In this document: piece by piece, positions 12,701 through 24,234 of the stretch
Layout of the letters: the number at the start of each line of letters is the position of its first letter
Numbering within the stretch: the first letter of the stretch is position 1
Assembly: GCF_018977255.1 (NCBI RefSeq)
Contig: NW_024704742.1
Location: forward strand, 92,692,001 to 92,756,000
Source: Callorhinchus milii
Taxonomy: Eukaryota
DNA length: 64,000 nucleotides
Direction of reading: 5' to 3'
Made by a program: the position numbers and the translations under genes
Notes under the pieces: model-generated
The model's input: the letters and a program-made list of their open reading frames with translations, nothing else
The model's database searches: none
Told to the model about the DNA's origin: nothing

Positions 12701-15700
12701 GCTCAGATTGGGTGCCATGTTCGCCCACAAAATATCTGCCTCTGTACCACTTTACAATATATGGAGTTCTGTAGCTCAGTGGTTAGAACACTTGTTTTGC
12801 AAGTGAGAGAACTGGGTTCAATTTCCAGCAGGGTGAAACCTTGGGCAAGTTTCCTTATTCCACACGCCTGATAATAATCCCTCAAGAAAATAAAACAATA
12901 ATAAGGTGGTCACTTCAAACTACGACTGTTTGTGGGACACTGCTGTGCGCAATTGGCTGCTGTATTTCGCCCACAAATATACAGTCAATTCACTTTACAG
13001 TATATTCTGTGAAGCGCTTTGAGTCGTCTAGAAGACGTAAAAAGCGCTATATCACATGCAAGAATTATTATTATATATCCTGCGAAGCACTTTTGAGACA
13101 TCTTGACAATATGTTAAAGCATTGTGAAGTGCAAGGATTATTATATTAGAGTGCTGTGTCGTGCTGATCAGAGTTGTGTGAATGCAATAATGAATATTCC
13201 CATTCGTGTAATTTAAACATCAATGGGGTAACAAACATCAGAATAATTGGAGGGGTAGTCTGGCAGAGGTATGGTTCAGTGCTCGATTCCCAAGGAGAAC
13301 GTGGCACATACCGCTCAGAACAGTGCGGCAGTCAGATATCTGGCATACTTAAGGTTCTCCTTCAGGTCACTAAATAAATCTCAGGCAGAAACAGTAGCTC
13401 CCATCTCGGGGAAGAGAGAGCTTGAATCCTGTGGTTAACAGTGATGAGCTACACTCTGCCTACATACTTGCATTTACAAGCCGTAGCATTAGGTGTGTTC
13501 TAAGTTGACGACAAAGAAATTGGACATACTTTTCCTTATTACTGTAGGACTACTAGCTTGGATGAAACGTACTTTATTTTGGAAGGAGTAATTTCCAATC
13601 ATATGTAATGGAATCTTCAATTTTGCAGTCATAACTGTTCAAGATCAAGCACTAGTTTATTAAGTTTGATTACCGCAAAGTTGAATACGTTTACTAATGT
13701 TGTGTGATACTGGGAAATTCTCAGTGCTATCAATTATTTGTAAAATCAAAAGATGATCTGAAATGTGTATTTGTCTTCACAACCTTGTCAGGAGTAACCT
13801 GGGAATGTCCGCGGTCTGTGCCTTTAACATGTCCAGCGTAGAAGATGTGTTCTCCAAAGGGAAGTACATGCAGAGTGCTGCCTTTGAGCATTCCCACGTG
13901 AAGTGGGTTAGATACAGCGGGCAAGTTCCAACCCCTCGACCTGGCTCAGTGAGTATACACAACACGCTTTCAATCTGATCTTTGGATGTTTGTGAGACCG
14001 AAGGCACTTTCCCCAGGGACTTGGAATGAAAGGAGAATTATTTCCGCAATGATTATAAACCAATAAATACTTGGAGCAATACAAATGAAAAAATCCAAAG
14101 ACCAGATGTGATGCAACTTGTAACTAGGAGTATGGAGACAGTGGGTAAATGAGACTTAAAGGAATGCTCTTTGAAAGCAAAAGAGGCAACACAAACAGTT
14201 TGGACCAAATGGCCTTCTTCTGTACTGCTAAATTTCTGTGGTTTAGCTATGTGAATAACCATAGCAATTAACAATTGATTAACACAACCTTGAATTTAGT
14301 GACTTAATGATAATTAACACATCAACTGTTTCCTGGAGGCTCTCCTCCTCCACCCCAATGGTCTCACCGAGAAGCTGGCAGACCTGTGTGTTTAGCTGCT
14401 GGCTGTCAGATCGCAGCACAGTTAGCAGCTTTACATGATGATTTATTTTGGCTGGTTGATACATTTACTATTGGTGCTAAATAACTCATTACAATTTTTA
14501 AGCTCAGCTTCTAGGAAATTGAGGTGAAGGACCAGGTGTTTCAATGGAAATGACTGAAAAGTGGCTTTTTGTTCTAATTGTTTGGCACCTCTTCTGTCCT
14601 TTACAGTGCATGAACAATGAGGCAAGAGCTCAAAAAATTAACTCTTCGCTCCATCTGCCCGACAAAACACTTCAGTTTGTTAAAGACCACCCTCTGATGG
14701 AGGACCCAGTGAACCCCATTGGAAACGGGCCGAAGTTGGTGAAGAGAAACGTGAACTACAAGCAGATTGTCGTGGACAGAGTCCGAGCACTTGATAACAG
14801 CCTCAATGACGTGTTGTTTGTGGCAACAGGTGGGTTGTGGTGAAATGTGAAATCTAATGTAATGTATTAAAATGACTGTAGTGTGCAGGAGCAGTTGTTT
14901 AACACAGAATTGAGGGTGGAGATACAATACATTGGAAATGTGTTCTTTGGTTCTACATTCAGTTCAAAGGTTTATGTTGACCTTTAATGCTATCTAGACA
15001 TGCATGTTGGAGATGAACACTAGCTGCATTAACATATCACAACATTGTCATTTTCATCTCTCGTTCCTAAACTAGAGTTTAAGAGTCTTCCTTGGATTTA
15101 TTGAGGAAAGCTAAACTGTGTACAGATGCAACATCTTATTTTCGTAAACCAGAAGACGGGGGAGGGGCAGTCTGCCTGTAGAGAAGCCATATCTTTTAAT
15201 GGATCCAGGATTATTGCAGAAACTGCAGTTTAGAAACTACAAGGTCAGAGATGCAAAAGAACTAATTTTGTGCTCTGACACCAGTTTATGCTCGGCTTTT
15301 CAGGATGAACCATAGAAATTTACAGCATAGAAGAACACCAAAAAATCCGTGCCCAGCTTGTCAAGTACCACAAAACCATGCTGGACAGGCTGGAGATTAC
15401 CTTGAAAAGGTGTTTTCACCTGGATATCATTTCACTGCTGCTCTCACTATGTCAAATGCAAGGATTATTATTTTATATTATAAAAGATAATATAAAATAA
15501 TAATCCTTTCATTTGACATCTCACCTTATCACGCTGTCAAAATGCTTCCAAGCACTTCACAGGACTTACTGCAAAATACAATTGCTGTACTTCGCCAGTT
15601 CTGACAAAGGGTCATGAACCCAAAACGTTGACTCACTTTCCTTTCTCCATAGATGCTGCCTGACCTGCTGAGTGTACCCAGCGACTTCTGTTTTTGTTTC

Positions 15701-18700
15701 AGACTTCCAGCATCTGCAGTATTTTGCATTTTTTTTTACAATTGCTGTGTATTTTTTAACGAGCAGCAAATTTTTGCACCACAGTGTCCCTCAAACAACC
15801 ATGTAGTGAATGATTCATTATATCTGGAGGATTGTTGGCCAGGACCCCAGGAAAAACATCCTTCTATTAGTATAAATGAGGAGGGTATGAATTCATCCTG
15901 TCTCTGCTCAAAAATGTTTGTATAAAGGTTTTAGGGAGTTGTCCACAAACTCACAAGAGATCATTTTAATGTTACTGAAGATTTTGTTTAACAGTAATAA
16001 TAACCTCAGTGAAACAAATTTAAACTTGATGGTTTAAATTTCTATGGTTCATCCTGAAAAGCCGAGTATAAACTGGTGTCAGAGCACAAAATTAGTTCTT
16101 TTGCATCTCTGACCTTGTAGTTTCTAAACTGCAGTTTCTGCAATACTCCTGGATCCATTAAAAGATATGGCTTCTCTACAGGCAGACTGCCCCTCCCCCG
16201 TCTTCTGTTTTACGAAAATAAAGTTTTTGGAAGTGGCAGGGTGTGAATAAATAAGTGTTTACGTATATTCTGGCTTGCTCCATGTCCCCACCCTGTACGC
16301 TCCACCATCGGCAGTCGGGGCCTCAGCCTTTCTGCCCCCACCCTCTGGAACTCCAACCTGGAGCCTCTCCACCTTGCTTGTCTCCTTCAAGGCCCGTCTC
16401 AAGGTCTTCCTCTTCGACAGCACCTTCGGTCACCTTCCCACCTCCATCCCCCTTTGCCCTCCACTCTTCTTGAATCCAACCCCTAGTTTTGGCGCAAACC
16501 TTCACTGTCCAGCGCCTTAGGACGTCCTCCTGATGTGAAAGCTCTATATAAATACAAGGTGTTATTCTAATACTGTATCTTCCTTTAACAGATACAGGAT
16601 TATTGCACAAAGCAATCAATTATGACAATGAAATGCATATAATTGAAGAAATCCAGCTTTTTCCCAACTCTGAGCCTGTGCAAACATTACTTTTGGCATC
16701 CGAAAGGGTGAGTATAAAGCTTCTTTACCTTTTTTTAAAAAAAAAATATCTATGCATGGTATAAAATCAAAGAATGTTGCTGCACCAAAATAGACCATTC
16801 AGCCCTTCAAGTCTATGTTTTACTCCATATGGGCCAATATGACCCCACTCTTCTGCTCGCTCCCAATAGCCTTTAATATTCCCACTTCCGTTTTTTTTGT
16901 TATCTTAAATTATCTCCAATCAGTGGAATGAATCTATTCCCGTTTTCCTTATTACTCTATTATGACTCTTCATTATCTTTCTGCCCCCAACCTCTGGAAC
17001 TCCATCACAGAGCCCCTCCGCCTTGCCGCCCCTCTCCCTTTCCTCCCTCAAGGTCTGTCTATCATACTCTTAAGGCAAGAACGCTACCAACTGAACCAGG
17101 CTGACATTGTTTTGAATAGCGCCATGGGATCTTTGACCCATCAGAACAACATAACAGGATCTTGGTTTAACATCTCAAATAAAGCTCAGCACCTCCGATA
17201 TTGCAGCAAAACCCTGCACTGGAGTGTGATCTTAGACTGAGCTCCACATCCTGACATTGGGGCTTGAATGCATAACCTCCTGGCTCAGATGTGAGTGCTA
17301 CCAGCTGAGCTAGGCTGATACTTCTTCCCCATTTGTGGGGAAAAGATGCAGTTTCTCGGTAACAGATTAATTAATGACACAACATTTTAGTTTCACAGCA
17401 ATCTGTTTGTCTCATACTAGTAAATGGCTGGGAAAATTACTTGTAATTGGATTTGAAATGAGCAGAAAAACTGCCAAACTATCTGCAACTGAAAATGGGA
17501 AGGAAACGAGCACCTAGTTCAGGCAATGTTGGTTACAAAATGGAACTGAAACTTCTCTTTCTGTAGCTATGATTTGACAAAAGCATCCATTAGACCAATG
17601 AGAGTCAATGTGTCGCGTGTAAGATATTGCACAGGATAGATACACTTCACATACTGAAGTGCGTTTTTAGTCACAGTTTGCACTGCTGTTTTCCCTATGA
17701 GTGCTTTTTCAAGCCTGATGACTTAATCTGAAACTGGAAGCAGGACTGTGGGTGCTGTATGTCCAACAAGATTTACCAGTTACCACCAGTGGGCTAACCG
17801 TGCCTCGCTGACCTCCCCTACCCCCGCCATTTGCTTTTAGTCTTGGTGTGTATGTTATGCCTGCCGCCACCGACCCGAGCTGCTTCCCCACAATACCCCC
17901 ACCCCTGTCCTCTACCCTCACTTACTCCCGCTCAGTTCTCCTCTCCCACCGTCCTCCTCAACTCTATCCTGCTCGACCGTCCCACTGCCTCCCTCTGCTC
18001 CAGCCTGCGAATCCTCCGTCGGGTCCACCATGGGAGTTGCCGCTGGCTGTCTAACAGCAGCCCTATCCCTTACTCTCGCCGCAAGGCTCACCGGTTCCCA
18101 ACCACAGGGACCAACCTCTCCTCCCTGATCCACATATCTACCCTTCCTGTCAGTCCTCCCCACTCCCCCGGCTCTCCCCCCACTTTCCGTCACCAACTGT
18201 TCCCTCTGCATTGGTCTCAAAACATCCGTTTCCTCTCCAACAAAACACACATCATCCAAGACCTCATCGTCAATGAACATATCGACATCCTCGCCCTCAC
18301 TGAAACTTGGATCACTCCAGGCTACACCTTCCATCACACCCCTTGATCTAACCTCCGTGGTGACGGTGTGGCTCTCGCCTTACTCCTCTGGAACTTTCCC
18401 CTCCTTTAAGCACCTTATCCTTCATCAGCCTCCATCCTTTCCCTCAAAATTCTCCTCATCTATCGCCCCCCAAGCACTCCACCACCTTCATCCCTGATAT
18501 CTCCACCCTCCTATCTTCCCTCTCCCTTTGCTCTGAATACCTCCTCATCCTAGGCGATTTCAACCTTCACTTCACCCCCTCCTGCTCTACCTCTGCTGAC
18601 TTCTCCTCCCTCAATCTCTCCCTCCACATCCACTCGCCACCCAAATCCGCGGTCACCCCCTCGACCTGGTGATCACTTGGGGCCTCACCGTCTCGGACCT

Positions 18701-21700
18701 CACCATCATCGACAAAGTGATCTCGGACCATCACTTCATCTCCCTTAACTCCTCAATCCCTCTCCTCACTGCCACCCAAACCACCTCCATCTCATACTGC
18801 ACCTGGAAAAAAAATATCCCCCCCCCACCCCTCCCTCTCAGCTGCCTTGGAGTCATCTGAACTCCTTCCACCCTGGGCTTCTTCCCGCAATGACCTATCC
18901 TCCTGGGTCACCCTTCTCCACAGCTCTGTTTCCTCCACTCTTGATTCCCTCGCTCCCCTCTCTTCCTGAGCCATCTCCTACTCACACAAATCACCTTGCC
19001 ACACCAGCCACCTCCGCTCCCTTAAAGCCCAGGCATGTTCCGCTGAGCACACCTGACTTAAATCAAACCTAACTGTCCATCAGCAGATTTGACTGGACAA
19101 TCTTGGAGGCGAAGGACAACCCCAGGCTCCTCTTCTCCATCACGAACTGACTCCTCCACCCACCATCTCGCGCCTCACCCATCTTCACCTCAAATGCCAA
19201 ATGCGAGGTGATGCTGGACTTCCTCAAAACCAAAGTTGAGGGAATCCACTCAGCTGCCTCTGCCACTGCATCTACTAACCCCTCCCCATCTCCTCCTCCC
19301 ACTGCAGCCTTTACCCACCCCTCCCGCCACACCTTTTAACCTGTCTCCCTCTCCTCTCTCATCACCACCATAACCCGTACGAAACCCACCACCTGCTCCC
19401 TCGGCCCCATCCCTAACCCCCTCCTTACCTCCCAGCTCCACCTCCTTGCCCCTCTACTCACTGATATTGTTAACCTCTCCCTGTCCTCTGGTACTGTTCC
19501 CACCCCTTTAAAAATCACTGTCATCATTCCTATCCTTAAAAAAACCCTCCCTGGACACTTCTCTACTCTCTAACTACCGCCCCATCTCCAACCTCCCCTT
19601 TCCTAAGTCCTGGAACGAGTTGTTGCTTCTCAGCTTCGCTCCTTCCTCTCCCGCCACTCCCTTCTCGAACCCCTCCAATCGGGCTTCCGTGCCGCCCACA
19701 GCACAGAAAGACCCCTGGTCAAAGTGACAAATGACATTCTGTCCATCTGCAACCAGGGCTTCCTCTGCCTCCTCTTCCTCCTTTACCTCTCTGCTACTTT
19801 CGACACCATCGACCACTCTGTCCTCATCTACCGCCTTTCCTCTCACCTCAACCTTCACGGCGCTGTCCTTGATTGGTTCAGATCATACCTCTCACACCTC
19901 CTGCACTTCATCTCCTCAAACAGCTTCTCCTCTAACCCCCGGACTGTCTCATGTGGCGTTTCTTAGGGCTCTGTCCTTGGTCCCCTCCTCTTCAATATCC
20001 ATAGGCTCCCCCTCGGTGACATCATCCGCAGACATGGGGTCAACTTCCACTTTTATGTGAATGACACCCAACTCTACCTCTCTGCCTCCACCCTTGACTC
20101 CAAGACCACTGCTGTGCTGACAGAATATCTGTTAGACATCAAGTCCTAGATGAGAGCTAACTTTCTCAGTTGAACGTCAACAAGACCGAGACTCTCCTGA
20201 TTGGTTCCCGTCATCGCCTTCTCACCTCAGACGCTGACAGCATCACCGTCCATGGTTAACACTCCACCTCACTGAGCCAGTCCAGAACCTTGGGGTTTTC
20301 TTTGACCCTCAACTATCCTTTCTACCTGACATCTGTGCCATGACCTGCTCTGCCTTCCCCCACCTCCGCAACGATCGCCCAGCTCCGCCACTGTTTCACA
20401 CCACAGGCCGCCGAAACCCTCATACATGCTTTCATTACATCGGGGCTCGACTATGCAAACTCCCTGCTTGTCGGCCTCCCCTACTCCTCCCTCCATAGGC
20501 TGCAGATCATCCAGAACTCTGCAGCCCGTGTCCTCTCCCGCACTAGGCTCCGTGACCCTGTTTGCTCCTTCCACTCAGCGGGCTCTGGCTTACCACCTTC
20601 AAGACCCACCTCAAGACACCCCTCTTTGACCGTGCTTTCGATCTCCCTGCCTCACCCTCCCTGACCCCGACCCTCAGCTCGGGTCCATAACTCTGTCTGT
20701 TCATCGCCTTGGGACGTCCTCCCGATGTGAAAGGCACTTTATAAATGTAACTTTGTTGTTGTTGTATTTTATCTTTTTTTGAGTGTAAAAGGAGAATTTT
20801 AAGTTTTCTTTAAGTGTCTTAACAAATCCATTTGTAAGTTATAAGTGAGGATGAATACTTTTGCTTACTAAATCTCTTTTGCAACCTCCGGAACATCGCC
20901 AGACTACGGCACTACCTCACCCCTCACGCTGCTGAAACCCTGGTCCACGCCTTTGTCACCTCAAGGCTGGACTATGGGAACTCTCTCCTCGCCGGCCTTC
21001 CCGCCACCTCCCTCCACAAGCTGCAGGTCATTCAGAACTCTGCAGCTCATGTACTGTCCCTCACCAGGCTTCAGGACCACATCACTCCCACCCTCGCTCG
21101 CCTCCACTGGCTCCCCATCCCCCAGAGGATCGAATTCAAGATCCTCATCCTCACCTATAAGGCCATTCACGGCCTTGCTCCCTCCTACCTCTCCGACCTA
21201 CTATACCCCTACTTACCTGCCCGTACCTTCCGTTCCTCCGGCTCCGGTCTGCTCCACATCCCCCGCCCCAACTGCCCTACGATCGGTGGCCGGGCCTTCA
21301 GCCTCTCAGCCCCGAGGCTCTGGAACTCCATCCCCCAGTGCCTTCGCCGCCTCCTCCCTTTCCTCCTTCAAGGCCGGTCTCAAAACCTTTCTCTTTGACC
21401 GTGCCTTCAGCTCCCCTCTCGACTCTCTTCCCCCTCCTCACTCCCTCCCTTCCCTCCCCTCACCCTGACCATTTCCCCCCTGCTCGGGTCCTGACCCAAC
21501 TGTGCAGCGCCTTGGGACGTCCTCCTGACGTGAAAGGCGCTTTATAAATGGAATCTTGTTGTTGTTGTTGATGGTTTTTCGTAAGCATTTATATTTTTCA
21601 AGTTGAATATCTTCAATCTCGGCCATTGAACCACACAGCAGTAATTTTTTTGGTGTTTATTGATAATTCATGTTGAAAATTTTATTTTGCAGGACAATAA

Positions 21701-24057
21701 GTTTCTTCAGGACAATAAGTTTTTGTATGCAGGGTCGGATTCAGGAGTTGTTCAAGTTCCTGTTGCCTTCTGTGAAAAATACAAAACCTGCACGGATTGC
21801 ATTTTGGCACGAGATCCCTATTGTGCCTGGAACCCAGAAAGCAATTCATGTATCTGGGTTAGGAAAGGGGACATGAGGAATAGGTATGTGTACTTAACCC
21901 AGATCTCTACATTACTCGGCTGTGGAGTCTACGTTCCATGTTTTACTACGAGCACATTTTGTTTAAGCAAGTGATCTGGTTTCTGGTGTTAAATGTGTTT
22001 AACATTTGTGGAGTTTCTGGTGTGGAGTCCTGTAGCTCAGTGGTTAGAGCACTCGCTTTGCAAGTGAGACACCTGGGTTCAATTCCAGGCAGGGCGAAAC
22101 CTTGGGCAAGTTTCCTTACTCCACACGCCTAATAATAATCCCTCCAAAAACCAAAAACAAAGTATATTCTGTGAAGCGCTTTGGGACGTCCTCCCGACGT
22201 GAAAAGCGCTATATCAAATGCAAGGATTATTATTATTATTATTAAATATACGTTTTATTTTTTCCTCAGCAACTTGATGCAGAATTTGAAAGGAGATGCA
22301 GTTCCATGTATAGCCGAAGATGGTAGGTTAACCAGTGCTGGTGCTTTTAACTAACATCCAACTCTTTCTGCAAATGGTTATTTTAGGGTTTGGGTTGGTA
22401 CTCACAGAAGATGTACCAAATTAGCCTGTTACTCTGGTTACTTTGATAATTGGGTTAATTTTGATTGCTACTCTCAGATTAAGTAGAGGAGATGTTAAAT
22501 TTGCCATTATTATTATTTTATATACAAAAAAGGCCAATGGATAACATTTCCAGATTATTTCTCCAGAAGGTGCCAGAATAATATCACACCTGTTAATTCT
22601 TGTGTAAATGCCCTCACACATCAAAGTTGTGAAATTCATTGACAATCCACATCTACACTAACTGTGGTTCCAGATACAAATATTAACTAGTGGAGGAGCC
22701 AATATAAATAGNAAAATTAGCAATATTGGTGAATAAATGCCATCTGTTTGGCCTTGGTTGGCTCATTGCCCAGGAAGCTAGTAAAAGTAAATCCAATCTT
22801 ATCTTACAATACATATTAAATATAGGAACTTTACACATAAGTAACTAATTTGCAGTAGTACTTCCCTCTGAGAATTGCCTTTCCTTGAAAGCATTGCCTG
22901 TAAAGCAGATTTAAAAACTTCTGTGAACACTTGCTTTAAGGGATATGAATGATTTTCTTACATTAGTATTATGAGAAGTGTTCATAAATGGATTAATAGA
23001 ACAAGCAACTCATTGAAGTGTATGTGGATGGCTTCTAATTCATGGCATGTACCCAGATAGTTGGTGCTTTGCTGTTGGTTGGCAAAGTCTGTTATTCTTG
23101 AATGAAAAATCTTAACCTGCTTTATTTTGTTTAACAGGGAAATTTCTTCACACTCCTGAGTTTAAAATGGAACCTGGAGGTTTTAAAGAGCTGAAGTGCC
23201 ACCTTGCATCCAGACTGGCTACAGTAGTTTGGAAGTTCAATAATGAGAGTCTGAATGATGGCTTAAAATACCGGCTTTACCGAAATAATTTGCTGATCTT
23301 ACAACTGTCTAAGAGGGACTCGGGTGTCTATGAGTGCTGGACAATGGAGGACGTAAAGGGAAACCGGCATGAGCACCTGGTGGAAAGGTATTCTCTGAGC
23401 GTAGAGCCTCTATCTGAGGCTGTAACGGCTCCCCCCACCACATCTTTTACTCAGGCGGAAGGTAATTCTGCAACCACTCAGGCAAGCATAAATAAAGGAG
23501 GAACGGCTTCTCACCCTGTAACAACCCAGATTCAAACTTCTCTTCCCACTTCAACTATTAGCACCCTCACATTTTCTATCCTTAAGTCTTTATCTACAGG
23601 TAGTTCGCTTTCAAACGCACAAGGTGTACTTGAAGCTTCAAGGGCTCAACAAAGCAATTCCATTCTGGTATTTTTCCTTGTGGTATTTGCACTTCTTTTC
23701 CTAGTGCTGCTTAGTTACAACTGTTACATGAAGTACCTGCCAGCTTCTTGCCTGAAACTGCGCACTTGCGTAGTTGGTGACGGGAAGAAGCCAGAATGTG
23801 ATTATGAGAATGTGTCCGAGGGGCTGGTGAAACAGCAGGCAGTGAAAATCAATTCAGATCACCAAGGTGGAGAGCAGATGCCTGCTGGTGACAAGGGTTA
23901 CGAAACTGAATCAGATTGTGGGAATGGCAAGCTTCCAAATACAGAGAAGCCTCAGGAGCTTAAAGAAATCCAAGAGAACCACAAAGTCCAGTCTGCTGAG
24001 CCTGAGAAAGATGTAGATATTAAATTCATTGATGATGAAGCACAGAGCCTTTGCTAA
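3601..24057 (+). CDS. SEMA4D: Semaphorin-4D (CD100), transmembrane isoform; 5'-partial multi-exon CDS (signal-peptide exon not found in window)
   Basis: 13 exons with canonical AG/GT and consistent phases: 3601-3746, 4857-4919, 5090-5188, 5278-5371, 6070-6171, 9338-9489, 11281-11456, 13792-13948, 14607-14829, 16592-16707, 21711(or 21693)-21883, 22270-22322, 23138-24057. Sema motifs [68 protein letters not shown]4D-type tail YNCY..YLP..CLK..GYETE; adjacent to SECISBP2. Confidence 0.95.
4150..4735 (+). mobile_element. L2 LINE 3' fragment (diverged)
   Basis: [25 protein letters not shown]; tail. Confidence 0.8.
4857..4919 (+). CDS. SEMA4D: SEMA4D exon ([21 protein letters not shown])
   Basis: tttttcag acceptor, GAG|gtacat donor; 63 bp, W..C..KGK motif. 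Confidence 0.92.
5090..5188 (+). CDS. SEMA4D: SEMA4D exon ([33 protein letters not shown])
   Basis: ttacag acceptor, gtaagt donor; 99 bp. Confidence 0.95.
5278..5371 (+). CDS. SEMA4D: SEMA4D exon ([31 protein letters not shown])
   Basis: ctttcag acceptor, G|gtaagt donor; 94 bp, after an 89-bp intron. Confidence 0.93.
6070..6171 (+). CDS. SEMA4D: SEMA4D exon ([34 protein letters not shown])
   Basis: ttttag acceptor, G|gtgagt donor; 102 bp. Confidence 0.94.
6455..6970 (+). mobile_element. L2 LINE RT fragment
   Basis: [25 protein letters not shown]. Confidence 0.85.
7083..7390 (+). mobile_element. tRNA(Ala-TGC-like)-headed SINE with L2-derived 3' tail, full length
   Basis: A-box TAGCTCAGTGG, anticodon arm ctcgct-TTGCA-agcgag, B-box GGTTCAATTCC, L2-like stem-loop tail, (ATT)n. 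Confidence 0.9.
7800..8460 (+). mobile_element. L2 LINE 3' fragment
   Basis: [11 protein letters not shown]; same 3' tail as other copies. Confidence 0.85.
8694..9003 (+). mobile_element. tRNA-SINE, slightly 5'-truncated; abuts an inverted L2 3' end (9004-9200)
   Basis: Near-identical to 7083-7390. Confidence 0.88.
9338..9489 (+). CDS. SEMA4D: SEMA4D exon ([37 protein letters not shown]...PRIARVCK)
   Basis: tccacag acceptor, AAG|gttaga donor; 152 bp. Confidence 0.95.
9656..9731. mobile_element. 76-bp hAT (Charlie-like) MITE inserted in a DeuSINE
   Basis: 19-bp TIR CAGTGATGGTCAACTTGTG / CACAAGTTGGCCATCCCTG; perfect 8-bp TSD GTCTACAC (9648-9655, 9732-9739). Confidence 0.85.
11281..11456 (+). 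CDS. SEMA4D: SEMA4D exon ([23 protein letters not shown]...FYGVFTSQW)
   Basis: gtttag acceptor, TG|gtaagt donor; 176 bp. Confidence 0.95.
11820..12265 (-). mobile_element. Older DeuSINE-type SINE (SacSINE1/AmnSINE-like core); related copies near 37-290, 2976-3120, 9563-10160, 10860-11115, 17100-17320, 29040-29330, 30565-30830, 33880-34100, 50700-51040
   Basis: Reverse complement reads gtggacggtaaagatcccatggcactgttcgaaa..ggagttctcccagtgtcctgacc (Deu-domain-like) with a tRNA-like head ctctgggtcagaaggttgtgggttcaa. Confidence 0.7.
12763..13074 (+). mobile_element. tRNA-SINE copy
   Basis: Head, body and (ATT)n tail match the family. Confidence 0.88.
13792..13948 (+). CDS. SEMA4D: SEMA4D exon ([27 protein letters not shown]...VPTPRPGS)
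   Basis: ttgtcag acceptor, TCA|gtgagt donor; 157 bp. Confidence 0.95.
14607..14829 (+). CDS. SEMA4D: SEMA4D exon ([33 protein letters not shown]...VLFVAT)
   Basis: ttacag acceptor, G|gtgggt donor; 223 bp. Confidence 0.95.
15136..16221. repeat. 187-bp inverted repeat (arms 15136-15322 and 16035-16221, about 712-bp spacer)
   Basis: Arms are reverse complements with 3 mismatches found by eye. Confidence 0.92.
15597..15730 (+). mobile_element. Penelope-like element terminal fragment with degenerate hammerhead motif
   Basis: agttCTGACAAagggtcatgaacccAAAACGTTgactc..agatgctgcctgacctgctgag..ttccagcatctgcag; second copy at 37839. Confidence 0.6.
16592..16707 (+). CDS. SEMA4D: SEMA4D exon ([39 protein letters not shown])
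   Basis: ttaacag acceptor, AGG|gtgagt donor; 116 bp. Confidence 0.94.
17800..20765 (+). mobile_element. Long degenerate L2-clade LINE (APE endonuclease + RT remnants, 3' tail)
   Basis: [18 protein letters not shown] (APE), [18 protein letters not shown] (RT), stops/frameshifts; ends gggacgtcctcccgatgtgaaaggc..(GTT)n. Confidence 0.9.
20884..21570 (+). mobile_element. L2 LINE 3' fragment (young subfamily)
   Basis: [23 protein letters not shown]-rich; stem-loop tail + (GTT)n; near-identical to 63104-63830. Confidence 0.9.
21711..21883 (+). CDS. SEMA4D: SEMA4D exon, PSI domain ([40 protein letters not shown]...); alternative in-frame acceptor at 21693
   Basis: PSI cysteine pattern; AG|gtatgt donor; 173 bp from the distal acceptor. 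Confidence 0.92.
22024..22242 (+). mobile_element. tRNA-SINE copy with internal deletion, ending just before the 22270 acceptor
   Basis: Head and tail intact, about 90 bp of body missing. Confidence 0.88.
22270..22322 (+). CDS. SEMA4D: SEMA4D exon ([17 protein letters not shown]); last exon shared by both isoforms
   Basis: tttcctcag acceptor (phase 2), G|gtaggt donor (phase 1); last PSI Cys. Confidence 0.88.
23138..24057 (+). CDS. SEMA4D: SEMA4D terminal exon: Ig domain, Ser/Thr-rich stalk, TM helix, cytoplasmic tail
   Basis: ttaacag acceptor in frame with ORF 23167-24057; ELKC..WKFN..DSGVYEC Ig; [33 protein letters not shown] stop. Confidence 0.95.
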
Positions 24058-24189
24058 TACTATTAATATTACTCATAGCCATATAGAGGCAATCTATTGT
24101 GAGCAAGAGTGTGGAAGTTGAGGGTTTAGAGATTTAGAGGTCATAGTATGTTAGCTAAATTTGTCGTTTGTTCAGAAGTTTTGCTTAGT

Positions 24190-24234
24190 GTTATTAAAGC
24201 TGTTATCTGAAAGTTATTAAAGCTGTTATCTGAA
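24190..24234 (+). repeat. 23-bp tandem duplication in SEMA4D 3' UTR
   Basis: gttattaaagctgttatctgaa(a) x2. Confidence 0.9.

Noticed and set aside
17709..19858. Many Gly/Glu-rich - strand ORFs
   Set aside because: Antisense shadows of the C-rich L2 element
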